A stretch of 64,000 bases of DNA from Negativicutes bacterium (GTDB lineage: Bacteria > Bacillota > Negativicutes > UBA1444): positions 1 to 64,000 of the forward strand of contig CAXXIN010000012.1 in assembly GCA_963665275.2 (NCBI GenBank). Reading direction: 5' to 3'. This document shows, one piece after another, positions 40,705-52,180 of the stretch; within the stretch, counting starts at the first letter, position 1, and each line of letters starts with the position of its first letter. The notes beneath the pieces are model-generated. The model was given only the letters and a program-made list of their open reading frames with translations. It was not told where the DNA came from and ran no database searches. The translations under genes and the position numbers were made by a program.

Positions 40705-42449
40705 CACAGCACCTCCCTGCAACCGGCAACAATCTCTGCCGGTCGGAACGGATTCCCATCGTATTTGAGAATGGAATGAATTGCTCCGGCAAGCCTGGTA
40801 TTCGCTCGAACCAATGCAGCCAATTGACCGGTCGCATTGTGTTCAGCAACCACCACCGATTCTGCGGCATCCAGCAATGGTTGCAGGCTTTCTGACGGGA
40901 ACGGGTGCAGTAGCCGCACCTGAACATGATTCACCGTGATCCCTTCCAGTCGCAATTGAGTGACGGCTTCCGCAATCGGTCCGCCGGATGCGCCGACGCC
41001 AATGATGAGCAATCGGGGCTTTTCAGCCGGAGCATCGCTTCTCAGCGGTTCTGGAAAACGCGCAGCCACGGATGAAAGCTTGCGCAGTCTTTTATCCATC
41101 TGGGCGATCCGGTTTGCAATCCCTTCGAAAGGCCGTCCTGATTCATCATGTTCCAAGCCTGTCACATGATGGATACCATTTCTCATTCCGGGAATGACCC
41201 GAGGTGACACGCCGGAGGGCGTCACCTGATATCTTTTGAAATATTCGTTTTTAGACAATGCCGGCAGCTCCGCAGCGGACTTTAGTTCGCCCCGCCGCAC
41301 TGGAGGAGCAACCTCCGCAGACGAAATATCTGTTGTTTGATTGGCAAGCGAAAGTTGCATGTCAGACAGCAAAATGACTGGACATTGGTACTCTTCAGCC
41401 AGGTTGAACGCTTCAACCGTATCCCCGAAAGCCGAGGCCGCCGAGTCTAGGGCCATGACAATCTTGGGAGCTTCACCGTGCGTGGAGTAGATTGCCGCCA
41501 TGATATCAGACTGTTCGTGCTTGGTCGGCAATCCGGTGGAAGGACCCCCTCGCTGCACATCGATGACTACCAGCGGCGTCTCGGTCATCCCGGCCAGTCC
41601 TATGGATTCAGCCATCAATGACAACCCTGGCCCCGAGGTGGCGGTAAAAGCCCTGACCCCCGCATAGTTGGCGCCGATTGCCATCATACAGGCGGCGATT
41701 TCATCTTCAGTCTGAACCATGGCGCCGCCCAATTCCGGCAATCGTTCCACCATGGCTTCCATGATCTCTGAGGCCGGTGTAATCGGATAAGCCGCCATGA
41801 ACCGGGCTCCAGCTGCAATCGCTCCCTGCGAGATCGCTTCGTTCCCGATCACATACAGACGCCGAATCTTGTCCCCGGCGTCCATTTTATACGCTTCACG
41901 CAAATCTGCCGCAAACTTTTCCCCATATTCCCATCCGATGTGCAACGCGGCCAGATTCCCTTGCAGCATTGTTTCACCCTTGTCACCAAACATTTCCCGC
42001 AGCGGTTCTTCCCATTCCGCCGGGTTCAGGCCTAACATAAACACCGTCAAGCCTACGGCAATGATATTCTTCATTTTGACATTTCCAGACTGCTGTGCCA
42101 GCGCTGTCAAGGGTAAGCTCAACATTCGCGCCTTCGTCCCCGCCGACAGACTCGGTGCGAATTGCTCATCCGCAATGACCCAGCCGTCGCCGGAAAGTTC
42201 ACGGGCGCAAATTGTGATAGTCTCCTGATCCAACGCAATCAGTACATCGATCTTGTCGGCGATTGAAGCTACCCGCGTGGTGCTGAGGCGCAAATTGTAG
42301 TCAGTATGTCCGCCCCTGATCCGCGATGAGAAAACCCGATACCCATACAGATGATAACCTTGCCGGGACAAACCCTGCGCCAGAAGATCCCCGGCGCTTT
42401 CGACGCCTTCCCCCTGCTGACCGCCAATCTTCCATGAAACTTGTTGCAA
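40704..42449 (-). CDS. 2-oxoacid:ferredoxin oxidoreductase alpha subunit (gamma-alpha fusion)
   Basis: GGQQGEG, SSRIRGGH, YPITPASE, ATSGPG, QRGGPSTGLPTK. Confidence 0.93.
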   Translation of the reverse strand: MQQVSWKIGGQQGEGVESAGDLLAQGLSRQGYHLYGYRVFSSRIRGGHTDYNLRLSTTRVASIADKIDVLIALDQETITICARELSGDGWVIADEQFAPSLSAGTKARMLSLPLTALAQQSGNVKMKNIIAVGLTVFMLGLNPAEWEEPLREMFGDKGETMLQGNLAALHIGWEYGEKFAADLREAYKMDAGDKIRRLYVIGNEAISQGAIAAGARFMAAYPITPASEIMEAMVERLPELGGAMVQTEDEIAACMMAIGANYAGVRAFTATSGPGLSLMAESIGLAGMTETPLVVIDVQRGGPSTGLPTKHEQSDIMAAIYSTHGEAPKIVMALDSAASAFGDTVEAFNLAEEYQCPVILLSDMQLSLANQTTDISSAEVAPPVRRGELKSAAELPALSKNEYFKRYQVTPSGVSPRVIPGMRNGIHHVTGLEHDESGRPFEGIANRIAQMDKRLRKLSSVAARFPEPLRSDAPAEKPRLLIIGVGASGGPIAEAVTQLRLEGITVNHVQVRLLHPFPSESLQPLLDAAESVVVAEHNATGQLAALVRANTRLAGAIHSILKYDGNPFRPAEIVAGCREVL

Positions 42450-42489
42450 CACCCCACACTCCCCCAATCAGCTTTATTGACGCAACCGT

Positions 42490-43501
42490 TCAGCTGCCGC
42501 CACCCAGGCTCGCCAATTCCTTCAGTCGCTCCCGATGCCCAATCACCAGCAAAATGTCTCCCGCCTGAATCATCTCGCTCGCCGATACATGCGTCATCAA
42601 AACACCGCCCCGATGAATACCGACAATCAGCGAATCATATTGTTCCTTGATGCCGCAGACTGCCAAACTGGTCCCGACCAACCGCGACGTGGGAGCAATA
42701 CGGATTTCGGCGATATCCAGATGCAGCTCTTCGTTATAGAAAACATTATCCATCAAATCGACAATCGCCGGTTTGGTCATGGCTGTTACCATCTGACGGC
42801 CGCCCATGATTTCAGGAGAGATGACATTGCTTGCTCCGCTGCGCTTCAACTTTTCAATTGCTTCAGGCCGGTTGGCCCTGGCCACAATCGAAAAAGCGGG
42901 GTTCCGATTCAAATTCCGGGCCGTCAAGGTGACATAAACATTTTCCGCATCGTGTGCGATCGTGGTGATGATACCACGAGCGCGTTCAACTCCTGCCTTT
43001 AAAAGGATCGAGTCCAGCGTGGCGTCGCCCTGAATCGCCAGAATTCCCCGATCCACCAGTCCCTGCCACAGCGCCTCATCCTGGTCGATGACAATGAAGG
43101 GTGCCTTTTCCTGTTGCAGTCTATCCATTACGGCATTGCCTACACGCCCCGCGCCGCAGACGATAATATGCCCGGACAATTTTTCGATTCGGTGTTCCAT
43201 GCCTCTCCTCCCCAATAAATCCCGCAATTTTCCTTCCAGCACAACCTGAAAAATTGACGTAAACACATAAAAGGCGCTGCCCACGCCGAAAAGAATCAAA
43301 ACAATTGTAAACATTCGTCCGGACAAAGTTTTGGCCACTACATCCCCATATCCCACCGTGGACACCGTGGTCACCGTCAAATACAAAGCATCCAACAGGG
43401 ACAACTGTTCCAACGCCATGTATCCAAGGGTACCGGCGGCAAGCATGCTGATAAAAAGCCCGAGCGCGAGAATCAGATTTCTGGATCCCAGAAGTATTCA
43501 C
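42490..43501 (-). CDS. K+ channel with TrkA-N/TrkA-C (RCK) domains
   Basis: TVGYGD filter, CGAGRVG Rossmann motif, GDAT. A likely GTG start at 43501 (GGAGG RBS) is 1 nt out of frame with ORF 42490..43446. Confidence 0.88.
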
Positions 43502-43552
43502 CCCTCCCTACGATATTAAAGTGCTTCAGCACACCTGTCTTGCAGAGACTTC

Positions 43553-43568
43553 CGCAAACACATTGCCA
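43553..43568 (-). promoter_or_regulatory. Possible sigma54 promoter
   Basis: TGGCAATGTGTTTGCG (GG-N10-GC) about 50 nt upstream of the K+ channel-OFOR operon. Confidence 0.4.
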
Positions 43569-43687
43569 ATTCCTGCTTGCCAGAAAACCATATTTGTGCC
43601 CAGGCCGGACTATGCCCATCATCTCTCCTTAGTAAATCAAAGGCGGCCCAATTTGCTCATGCCGAAGCATTCGGGACAAAGCATATG

Positions 43688-43721
43688 AGAAAACGGCAAA
43701 TTCCTGTAAAGGAAAATGCCG
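43688..43721 (-). terminator. Terminator after tctA
   Basis: CGGCATTTTCCT-TTAC-AGGAATTTGCCG followed by TTTT on the minus strand. Confidence 0.55.
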
Positions 43722-43752
43722 CCATGAAAGACCCGTGCTGTAACACCAACAA

Positions 43753-45246
43753 TTATTTACTTTCCGCGTAAGTCGCCCTGAGCTTTCGCCGTTGTTGTAT
43801 ATAGGCCCCGATAATCGAGAACGCCGTCAGTCCTAGAATCATCAGGCAGATTGGCCGGGTGAAAAAGATGGAATATGCCCCATCGGAAAGCAGCAAGCTG
43901 CGCCGAAACTCGCTTTCCACCATCGGGCCCAGAATCAGTGCAAGAACAATGGGAGATACCGGAAACTTAAACTTGTCCATCAAGTAACCCAACAGACCGA
44001 AGAACATCATCACCACCAGATCGAACAAGCTGTTGTTGATCGAATAAGATCCAACGATACACAACACGAAGATGATCGGAGTCAAGATCGGTTTCGGTAT
44101 ATTGATGACCTTGGCGATATACTTGATGGCAAACAACCCGAACAGCAGGAAGATCAGATTGGCAACAAACATGCCGGCGAAAATCGAGTAGACCAAGTCC
44201 GCATTATCCTTAAATAAGAGCGGGCCCGGACGCAATCCCTGCAACATAAGTGCGCCGAGAAAAATCGCCGTGACTGCATCGCCAGGAATCCCCAGTGTTA
44301 GCAATGGAATAAGTGCGCCGCCAGTTACACCATTGTTCGCTGCTTCCGGCGCTGCTACGCCTTCCAGAACGCCCGTGCCGAATTTATCGCCGTCCTTCGA
44401 GCTGCGCTTGGCTTCACCATACGAGAGAAAGGCTGCAATGTCACCGCCGGTTGCCGGAATAATGCCGATAAGAGTGCCGATAATCGATCCCTTTAAAATA
44501 GTTTTGCTGCAACCCCGCAGTTCTTTCCATGAGGGCAATACTCCTGACAGGCTGAAATCCACATGTGCATTCCGAATCATGCTTTCGGTTGTCCGTAGAG
44601 CCTCTGAAACGGCAAACAACCCAATCAGCACCGGAATGAAAGAGACTCCGTTCAGCATATCCACCAGCCCGAACGTAAACCGCGGGTAGCCATTTAATCC
44701 GTCAATGCCCACAACACCCACGAGCAAACCGATGCAGGCGCTGATCAGACCCCTGACGACATAATCGCCTGAGATACTAGCCACGATACTCATCCCCAGC
44801 AGGCCCATGGCAAAATATTCGGGCGAACTGAATGATAGAGCCAGCCGTGCAAGTTCCGGCGCGATAAAGGTAAGGCACGCCGCGCTGAAAATTCCTCCGC
44901 AAAAAGATGCGATGGCCGACATTCCAAGAGCCTTTCCCGCCTGCCCTTTTTTCGCCAATTCATTGCCATCGAAAACGGTAGCGGCAGCGGCAGGAGTCCC
45001 CGGCGTCCGAATCAGTATCGCAGATATCGATCCCCCGTATATCGCCCCGCAATAGATCCCGCACAACATCACCAGCCCTGTTGCCGGCAGCATCGAAAAG
45101 GTCAACGGAGTCAGGAGCGCAACGCCCATGGTAGCAGTCAGACCAGGCAAGGCGCCAATGATGATCCCGCCGAGCGTCCCTGCAATCAAAACTGACAGAA
45201 TTCCTGGCTGAAGAACGGTCATAAATCCGTGCATTAATTGTTCCAT
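43753..45246 (-). CDS. tctA: Tripartite tricarboxylate transporter permease TctA
   Basis: GALPGL, YGGSISAIL..PGTP, GVAAPEAANN, LGIPG. Confidence 0.93.
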   Translation of the reverse strand: MEQLMHGFMTVLQPGILSVLIAGTLGGIIIGALPGLTATMGVALLTPLTFSMLPATGLVMLCGIYCGAIYGGSISAILIRTPGTPAAAATVFDGNELAKKGQAGKALGMSAIASFCGGIFSAACLTFIAPELARLALSFSSPEYFAMGLLGMSIVASISGDYVVRGLISACIGLLVGVVGIDGLNGYPRFTFGLVDMLNGVSFIPVLIGLFAVSEALRTTESMIRNAHVDFSLSGVLPSWKELRGCSKTILKGSIIGTLIGIIPATGGDIAAFLSYGEAKRSSKDGDKFGTGVLEGVAAPEAANNGVTGGALIPLLTLGIPGDAVTAIFLGALMLQGLRPGPLLFKDNADLVYSIFAGMFVANLIFLLFGLFAIKYIAKVINIPKPILTPIIFVLCIVGSYSINNSLFDLVVMMFFGLLGYLMDKFKFPVSPIVLALILGPMVESEFRRSLLLSDGAYSIFFTRPICLMILGLTAFSIIGAYIQQRRKLRATYAESK

Positions 45247-45257
45247 GCCGATACCTC

Positions 45258-45683
45258 CTAAAAGGACCATGCCGGTAACGGCACGTCAAGCATAACTTGA
45301 AAAACGAAGTATATACACGCTGTAGTTCCAACGGCTGAAAGCAGTTTCAGCTTCCAATCCCCTTTTTCCATCACCTGCATCAAAAGAATAAGGCAGAGCG
45401 GCGTTGTAATCAGGAATCCCACATATGCCATTGAAACAAGATAAATGCAAGTAATGACAAATACTTTTGCCGTTCGCCCAAAATCAAACTGCACAAAGTC
45501 GAACACAATCGCATCTTTGACCGAGTGGTTTTCGATTAACATCAGCGTTGTTAATACAATCAGCGCAATCGATACGACGCGTGGAAAAAACGCCGATTCC
45601 GGCGTAAATGATGCAGATCCGATCCAGACGGCGACAGCCAGCAACAAAACTAAAACTCCTGCAATCACACTGCCACGTTTCAC
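45258..45683 (-). CDS. tctB: TctB-family small membrane subunit
   Basis: Four TM helices, FFP motif, C-terminal LDVPLP; lies between tctC and tctA. Confidence 0.85.
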   Translation of the reverse strand: MKRGSVIAGVLVLLLAVAVWIGSASFTPESAFFPRVVSIALIVLTTLMLIENHSVKDAIVFDFVQFDFGRTAKVFVITCIYLVSMAYVGFLITTPLCLILLMQVMEKGDWKLKLLSAVGTTACIYFVFQVMLDVPLPAWSF

Positions 45684-45761
45684 GGTTTCACTCCCCTACG
45701 GAAAGAGGGCGGGCTTGCGCGTCCGCCCTCTTGTGCTAATTCATTTTCCTTTAGCAGGTCA

Positions 45762-46760
45762 TTACTTTTTCTGTTTCAGGCCCAGTTTGTCAACGAGTTT
45801 CGCGTAGTTGGCAAAGTCTGCGTCCATGAATTTCGTGAAATCGGCGGCATTCATGTAACTCAGACCCAAACCAGCTTTGTCGGCCTGGGAAATGAAAGTG
45901 GGATCTTCCATAGCTTTTTTGAAGGCATCATGCAGGATAGCGACGATCGGTTCGGGAGTTCCTTTGGGAACGCCCAATCCCCGCCAAGTTCCGATCACAA
46001 TGTCATAGCCCTGCTCTTTGAAGGTCTTTACGTCCGGGAAAGCTTTTTCCCGCTTGTCGGACATAACACCCAGGATCTTCAGTTTACCGGATGCTACTTG
46101 GGCGCCCACTTCCGCCGGGCTCACAGCTACGGCTTCGATAGCGTTACCGAGCAGTGCCGTCACTGCCGGAGCTGCGCCGCTGTAAGGAACATGGTTGAAC
46201 TTAATACCGATTTTGTCTTCGATCGTAGCAGCCGCCAGATGCCAGATGCTGCCGGGACCGGAGTTGCCCATCCGGACTTTGCCGGGGTTTGCTTTCGCAT
46301 AATCCAGGAACTCTTTCAATGTTTTCCACGGTGCGTCAGCCGCAACGGTGATCGCCGCCGGGTCCATATTCACGCGCATGATCGGAACGAATAGTTTATG
46401 ATCCGCTTGGGCAATTCCCAGATGCGGCACGATGACGATTTCCGCGAAGAACATGGTCACGGTATAGCCGTCCGGTTTGGCAGTCTGTCCGGCTGTGAAA
46501 CCGACCGTGCCGCTTCCACCCGGTTTATTGACGATAACTACCGGTTGGCCCAGAAAGTCTTTGGCTTTATTGGCCAGCGCACGGGCCAACATGTCGGTGC
46601 CGCCGCCGGCGCCTGCAGGAACGATGACTTCGATCTGTTTCGTCGGGAACTTCGGTGTTTCCGGCGCTTTTTGCTGCGGAGTTCCTCCGCCGCAGCCAGC
46701 CACCACCAGCATCATGGATACGACCAGTATCATTGCCACCAGAGTCCACTGTTTCTTCAC
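45762..46760 (-). CDS. tctC: TctC/Bug-family substrate-binding lipoprotein
   Basis: Lipobox VAGC, VPAGAGGGTD, NKPGGSG, KPDGYT, HVPYSG. Confidence 0.92.
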   Translation of the reverse strand: MKKQWTLVAMILVVSMMLVVAGCGGGTPQQKAPETPKFPTKQIEVIVPAGAGGGTDMLARALANKAKDFLGQPVVIVNKPGGSGTVGFTAGQTAKPDGYTVTMFFAEIVIVPHLGIAQADHKLFVPIMRVNMDPAAITVAADAPWKTLKEFLDYAKANPGKVRMGNSGPGSIWHLAAATIEDKIGIKFNHVPYSGAAPAVTALLGNAIEAVAVSPAEVGAQVASGKLKILGVMSDKREKAFPDVKTFKEQGYDIVIGTWRGLGVPKGTPEPIVAILHDAFKKAMEDPTFISQADKAGLGLSYMNAADFTKFMDADFANYAKLVDKLGLKQKK

Positions 46761-46880
46761 ATTCAGTCCTCCTTCTCCTAAAACGATTTATACGAAAAAT
46801 CTAACATGTTTGAATTTTCGCTCTTAATTAGGAAAAGTCCTGCTAAATAAAAAAAATTCATGCCCCCGGCGCGGATAGGG

Positions 46881-47672
46881 TTATTTCCATGGAATCAATC
46901 GTCGCTCCAGCCAATCGAGAACGCGATTAAAAACCAGTCCCAACAGCGACAATACCAATACGCCCACCATGAGTTTCGTCGTAAGCATCAGGTCGCCGTA
47001 GTGCAGAATCATGGCCCCGACACCTTCTTTGGCCGCGATCATTTCTGCAGCGACCAACAGCAACAGCGAGGTTCCCGCAGCCAGTTTCAATCCGGCAAAA
47101 ATTACCGGCAACGCTGCAGGTAAAACAACCTTGCGAATCAGGTTCATCCGTGAAGTTCGATAACTGACAGCAACTTTAATCAATAACGGATCGACGTTTT
47201 TCACGCCGGAATGGGTATTGATGACCACTGGAAAAAACACACCCAGACTGATGATCGTAATTTTTGAAACCTCGCCGATGCCGAGCCAGAGGATGATAAG
47301 AGGCAGCAATGCAATCTTTGGTATGGGATACAATGAATAAATCAAGGGATTTCCAATGGCCTCCGCCAGCCTGGAAAAACCGGTCAAAAGTCCGATCCCG
47401 ATGCCTGCCAAGGTACCGATCGCAAATCCCCAGCCAATCCGCTGCAAGCTGGCCTGCAGGTTGACGGCGATTTCACCGCTTGCCGCCATTTCCCAGCCGA
47501 CTTTGAGAATGGAAGTCGGCGCCGGAAGGTAAAGCTCCGAAACCCAGCCGGTCATGCACACAGCCTGCCAAAGCACCAGCAACACGATAATACCGCCGGG
47601 CCCTGTCCAGCGGGAGACTTTGCGTTCCATGAATGCAAGGCGAAATTGAACTTCCCTGCGAAACATACTCAT
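46881..47672 (-). CDS. NitT/TauT-family ABC permease
   Basis: SLQRI, PIPKIALLP, LPAALP, VAAEM; start at ATG 47672. Confidence 0.9.
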   Translation of the reverse strand: MSMFRREVQFRLAFMERKVSRWTGPGGIIVLLVLWQAVCMTGWVSELYLPAPTSILKVGWEMAASGEIAVNLQASLQRIGWGFAIGTLAGIGIGLLTGFSRLAEAIGNPLIYSLYPIPKIALLPLIILWLGIGEVSKITIISLGVFFPVVINTHSGVKNVDPLLIKVAVSYRTSRMNLIRKVVLPAALPVIFAGLKLAAGTSLLLLVAAEMIAAKEGVGAMILHYGDLMLTTKLMVGVLVLSLLGLVFNRVLDWLERRLIPWK

Positions 47673-47676
47673 TCGT

Positions 47677-48453
47677 TCACGCCTCCCGCAAAGCGTCTTC
47701 CGCATCTTTGCGAATGAGGCTCCAGATGTGGTCGCAATAGGAATTGAATCGAGAGATATGTTCCGCACCGTCTCGCCCACGCCGCGGCAAATCAATCTGC
47801 AAAATGCTCATGATCCGTCCCGGGCGACGGGACAAGACCACGATCCGGTCCGCCAGATACACCGCTTCCTGAATGTTGTGAGTCACATAGAGCGTGCTCA
47901 GGCGATGGGTTTCCCAGATTCGCAGCAATTCTTCCTGCATCAGGGTCCTCGTCTGGGCGTCCAGGGCTGAGAAGGGCTCGTCCATCAACAACAGATCCGG
48001 ATTGATCACCAACGTACGCGCAATGCCGGCCCGTTGCCGCATACCCCCTGACAGCTGATGGGGATAGGACTTTTCAAACCCGGCCAGGCCCACCAAGTCG
48101 ATATGCCAACGGATTCTCTCCTGTTGCTCTGCTTTCGACAATGACGATTCTTCCAACCCGAACCCGATGTTGTTTTCCACCGTGCGCCAAGGGAATAACC
48201 CAACTTCCTGGAATACCATGCCCACCGATGGATCGCGGTCTTCCGTCAATCCCTCCACGACAATCTTGCCTGAAGTAGGCGCGAGCAGCCCGCCAACCAT
48301 GTTCAGCAGCGTCGATTTTCCGCAGCCGCTCGGCCCAACCAAGACAACAAACTCTTCCTGTTCTACAGTAAGGCAGACATCCTCAAGAGCGGTGACCGGA
48401 CTCCCGTCCGGTCCCGCATATTGTTTTCCAACATGTTCAACAATAATCCTCAT
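47677..48453 (-). CDS. NitT/TauT-family ABC ATPase
   Basis: [36 protein letters not shown]. Confidence 0.92.
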   Translation of the reverse strand: MRIIVEHVGKQYAGPDGSPVTALEDVCLTVEQEEFVVLVGPSGCGKSTLLNMVGGLLAPTSGKIVVEGLTEDRDPSVGMVFQEVGLFPWRTVENNIGFGLEESSLSKAEQQERIRWHIDLVGLAGFEKSYPHQLSGGMRQRAGIARTLVINPDLLLMDEPFSALDAQTRTLMQEELLRIWETHRLSTLYVTHNIQEAVYLADRIVVLSRRPGRIMSILQIDLPRRGRDGAEHISRFNSYCDHIWSLIRKDAEDALREA

Positions 48454-49520
48454 TGGCCAGCGCCAACCTTTTTCAGAGCCTCCTCCCAAAGTTTCAGATC
48501 CATCACCTGGGAAGCGTTCACCTGTTTTTCAATCATTTTATGGCTGTAATACCAGTCGATCTGCGTCTGAATATCCGCAGCCAGCAATTTCCCGTCCCGA
48601 TCCATATACGGCAGCCCCAGCTTGACGTCCTCAACCGGAGCTCCGGTGTGTTTGGCGATGATTCCCACCACTTCTTCATAATTGGCTCCCGGCGCCGGTT
48701 TCCCGCCATTTTGCTTTAAAACGGCATCAAAGTAATAGCGGGTCGACTTGATATACGCAGCCAGAAAGCGCACTGCCGCATCTTTATCCTTCATAAACTC
48801 CGGCGCAAAAAAGATTGCCGAAGTCTGATACTCGATCGCATCGCCCACCTGCACCACGACTTTGCCGTAGCCGGCTTTTTCCATTTTTGTGATATTCGGC
48901 TCGTTCAGAATAACTGCATCGACTTGTTTCCCCTGCAGCGCCGCCATCAGCGCGCTAAGCTTGCCCAATGGGACGATCTCCACGTCCGTCAATTTGAGTC
49001 CTTTGGTCTCGAGCAAGCGTCCCAGCATATAGTGGAAGGTCGAACCGGTCTGGGTAATCCCCACCCGTTTCCCCTTCAAATCTTCAAGCTTTTTGGCGCC
49101 GCCTTCCCAAAGATCGGTCCGCATCAGCACCGCTGAAGAGGAAAAACCTTTTTGTTCCCTGCCTTTATCGGCCACGATCGACAAATTCTGCCCGCCTGCG
49201 ACCATATTGAACAGGCTGGCGGTAATACCTGTTGCCCCTACCTGAACTTTGTTGGAAGCAGTGGCAACTGCGATCGGATGCGCTGCATCAAACCACTCGG
49301 GGTTGATGTCAATTCCCTGCTCTTTGAAAAACCCTTTTTCCATCCCGATGAAAATTGGCGCCGAACTGGTCAGTTTCAAAATCCCCACGCTGACCTTCGT
49401 CGCCTGTGAGGGCGCCGCAGGTTTTGCCGGTTCCGTCCCTTTGCCGCAGCCTGCCAGCAGCAGGACTGCCATGAAAACTGTTACTACCCCGATAATGACC
49501 CCATGACTTCTTTTCTGCAC
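48450..49520 (-). CDS. NitT/TauT (SsuA/NMT1-like) substrate-binding lipoprotein
   Basis: Lipobox [21 protein letters not shown]. Confidence 0.88.
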   Translation of the reverse strand: MQKRSHGVIIGVVTVFMAVLLLAGCGKGTEPAKPAAPSQATKVSVGILKLTSSAPIFIGMEKGFFKEQGIDINPEWFDAAHPIAVATASNKVQVGATGITASLFNMVAGGQNLSIVADKGREQKGFSSSAVLMRTDLWEGGAKKLEDLKGKRVGITQTGSTFHYMLGRLLETKGLKLTDVEIVPLGKLSALMAALQGKQVDAVILNEPNITKMEKAGYGKVVVQVGDAIEYQTSAIFFAPEFMKDKDAAVRFLAAYIKSTRYYFDAVLKQNGGKPAPGANYEEVVGIIAKHTGAPVEDVKLGLPYMDRDGKLLAADIQTQIDWYYSHKMIEKQVNASQVMDLKLWEEALKKVGAGQ

Positions 49521-49822
49521 AATAATACTCCCTTTCTACCTTGCTACATTTAATTACACGAATGGGCTCCAAGCTCCATTTGCTACTGATTATATTACAC
49601 GCTGCGGTTCGCGGCAACACAGCAAGCGGTTCTCCATTCGCCCGCCATTGAATTGTCTATTCTTGGTGCGGGTTTGTCTATTTTTTTAAACAAACGCGCT
49701 TGCTCTCGGGAAGGATTTTCATCACACAACCCGAATTTGATTATTAAGCGGTTTCTTTGACGAGACACGCTCCTTGCGGAATCCCCTATATTTGTCGCAT
49801 CAGTTTGCCACGCAAGAAACAT

Positions 49823-49838
49823 TGGCACGATTTATGCA
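49823..49838 (+). promoter_or_regulatory. Sigma54 (-24/-12) promoter
   Basis: TGGCACGATTTATGCA, near-consensus GG-N10-GC, about 70 nt upstream of the MCP start. Confidence 0.7.
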
Positions 49839-49908
49839 ATAATATTTTTTCTTGTAGCAATTATGGATAAAAATCAGTTTTGGTACAACAGAGAAAGGAG
49901 CTGTACGC

Positions 49909-50754
49909 ATGTCCGATGAACCCAACGTTGTCCTTGAGAAATTTCTTCATGTCATGCCTTTACTAGGAGGCATGTTCTCCTCAGATGTGGGTGTCGCTGT
50001 AACCGATCGTGAAAAATATCTCCTTTATAAAAAGGGGCGGACGCTTGACTTGAAAATTGCAGCCGGAACCATGCTCAAACCCGGCACAGCGGTTGTCCGG
50101 GCCATGGAGGAAAACCATCGGGTTGTGGTCCGTGGCGACAGGGCAACTTTTGGACTGCCGTATATTGCAACGGCAGTGCCGATACACGATGAGAGCGGTC
50201 ACGTAGTCGGCGGGGCCGTGATCATCGAGTCCGTGGAGCAACAGGATCAGTTGAAGCAGATGGCTGAAAAGCTCGCGGATACCACCAATACTCTGGCAAG
50301 CACTTCCGAGGAAATTTCTGCCCAAACCCAGGAAATCAGCGCTCTCAGCCGGACGATGTCGGTTGCTGCCGGGGAATCGCAAGGGCGATTGAAGGAAACC
50401 GACGAAGTGGTCGGATTGATAAAAGCGGTCGCCGGTCAAACCAACATGTTGGGGCTGAATGCTGCCATCGAAGCAGCGCGTGCCGGGGAATCCGGTCGGG
50501 GTTTCTCGGTGGTCGCCGACGAAATTCGCAAACTGGCAACCACCAGCGCTGACTCCATCAAAAAAATCGAAGCGACCCTGCGGACGATTCGGGACGACGG
50601 TCAGAAAAATTTCGAACAGTCTAGGCGAATTGACGAAGTGATGCCGCAAATCGCGCAGGCCATCACACAGGTTGCCGGAGCCGTGCAGGAAGTGAACGAA
50701 ATGGCTCGCGGGCTTAATGAGATGGCGGATAATCTGACGAAAGACCAGGCGTAG
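49909..50754 (+). CDS. Soluble (cytoplasmic) methyl-accepting chemotaxis protein, YfmS-like
   Basis: No TM helix; small sensor domain; [34 protein letters not shown]. Confidence 0.9.
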   Translation: MSDEPNVVLEKFLHVMPLLGGMFSSDVGVAVTDREKYLLYKKGRTLDLKIAAGTMLKPGTAVVRAMEENHRVVVRGDRATFGLPYIATAVPIHDESGHVVGGAVIIESVEQQDQLKQMAEKLADTTNTLASTSEEISAQTQEISALSRTMSVAAGESQGRLKETDEVVGLIKAVAGQTNMLGLNAAIEAARAGESGRGFSVVADEIRKLATTSADSIKKIEATLRTIRDDGQKNFEQSRRIDEVMPQIAQAITQVAGAVQEVNEMARGLNEMADNLTKDQA

Positions 50755-52180
50755 GTTTGAATCCACGGCACTGATACACCGCCATTTCCCGAGAAACGTA
50801 GCGATCGTTATATAACAGCGGTCCGATCGGCTCTACTTCAGTAAAGAAGGCGGCCAATTGGGTCGCTTGTGTTTTATCCCCGAAAAAAACCGCGTCACTG
50901 CCGGCAGAAATATTCAGGTCTTTTCGCCAGTAGTCGAACTGTGAAAATCGGGCAGGAGTTAGGATCTGAGCAGCCGGATGTCCGGGCAGGTAGTACCATG
51001 CAAGGGACGCCAGCTTGTAGTCGGAAGCCAGAACCATCGACGTTCCGCTCACATACCGGCCGCCCTCCCGGAACATCACGTCGTAACCCAGCACCTGTCG
51101 TTTCATAACGATTTGCGGCGGCAGGAAACCGAATAATTCCGGTACTTTCAGCAGCAAGGTCAATAAAATGCCCAACACAATTCCCGTTCTATAGATCGCT
51201 TTATAACGCGGCAAGTTGATCCATTTTGCTAGCAAGATGATCCCGGTTATATAGGCCGGCGCCGCCCAGTTGCCTTCCACTCTTTTAAACAACGCCGCAT
51301 AGCCGAAAAAGCCGAGAACCACTAGACAGGGCCACAGCAAAAAAGCCTGACGGTCGTCTGAAATGATCTGTCGAAAATTCTTCCAGCATACATAACCAAA
51401 AAAGAAAAAGAAAATCGGATTCAGGGCAGCAGCCTGCACTCCCAGATATTCGGCAAGAGAAGAAATGTTCAGGTTGCGCTCACCTGCCAGCCCGTGTCCC
51501 AATTGAAAGCGAAAAGAGCTCCAGTCATGGCCGGCATTCCAGACAATGACCGGCACAAATACCAGCAAGGCGAGTCCAAGGCTCGCAAAGAGTTCCTTGC
51601 GCCGCAATTCGCCGCGATGGGACGAGAAGAGCAGAAACAGCAACAGGCCTGGCAACAGCAGCACTGCGGTATACTTGGACAGCACCGCGAATCCGGCTGC
51701 CGCCCCCGCCGCGTAATAGTACCGGCGTTTCGCCTTGAATATCGCCTGGTAGACAAAAAAAACGACCGCCATCCACCCCAGAATCAGGGGCGCGTCAGGC
51801 GTCGCCAAGGTAAACCCCATCTGGGCCAGCGGTGATAACAAAAATATCAGCAAGGCTTTGCCTGCGACGGCTTTACCAAACATATCCGCAGACAAATGCC
51901 AGATTCCCAGGCCGGTTAACGTCGAACAAAATAGAGGAACCAAGCGGATCTGCCACTCCGAATCGCCAAAAATCGTCGCGAGCCGAATCAGCCAGGCGAT
52001 CATTGGCGGATGGTCAAAGTAGGAAAGCTGCAGATGATTGGACCACACCCAGTAGTACGCTTCATCGAAATGCAGCGGCAAAGCGGCGCTATAAAACAGA
52101 TTACCTAAAACGACCGCCGCCAAAATAGCGGCCCAGCGCCGGCTCACGAACCAATCGTGGAGTCCATGCGCAATTTCCAT
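50714..52180 (-). CDS. GT39/ArnT-family (PMT_2) membrane glycosyltransferase
   Basis: [22 protein letters not shown] motifs; multiple TM helices. Confidence 0.88.
   Translation of the reverse strand: MEIAHGLHDWFVSRRWAAILAAVVLGNLFYSAALPLHFDEAYYWVWSNHLQLSYFDHPPMIAWLIRLATIFGDSEWQIRLVPLFCSTLTGLGIWHLSADMFGKAVAGKALLIFLLSPLAQMGFTLATPDAPLILGWMAVVFFVYQAIFKAKRRYYYAAGAAAGFAVLSKYTAVLLLPGLLLFLLFSSHRGELRRKELFASLGLALLVFVPVIVWNAGHDWSSFRFQLGHGLAGERNLNISSLAEYLGVQAAALNPIFFFFFGYVCWKNFRQIISDDRQAFLLWPCLVVLGFFGYAALFKRVEGNWAAPAYITGIILLAKWINLPRYKAIYRTGIVLGILLTLLLKVPELFGFLPPQIVMKRQVLGYDVMFREGGRYVSGTSMVLASDYKLASLAWYYLPGHPAAQILTPARFSQFDYWRKDLNISAGSDAVFFGDKTQATQLAAFFTEVEPIGPLLYNDRYVSREMAVYQCRGFKPTPGLSSDYPPSH

Noticed and set aside
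43690-43725. GGCAAA...GTAA-loop hairpin resembling the start of a c-di-GMP-I riboswitch
   Set aside because: The downstream ACGCAAA element is missing and the orientation serves no gene; it fits a tctA terminator better.
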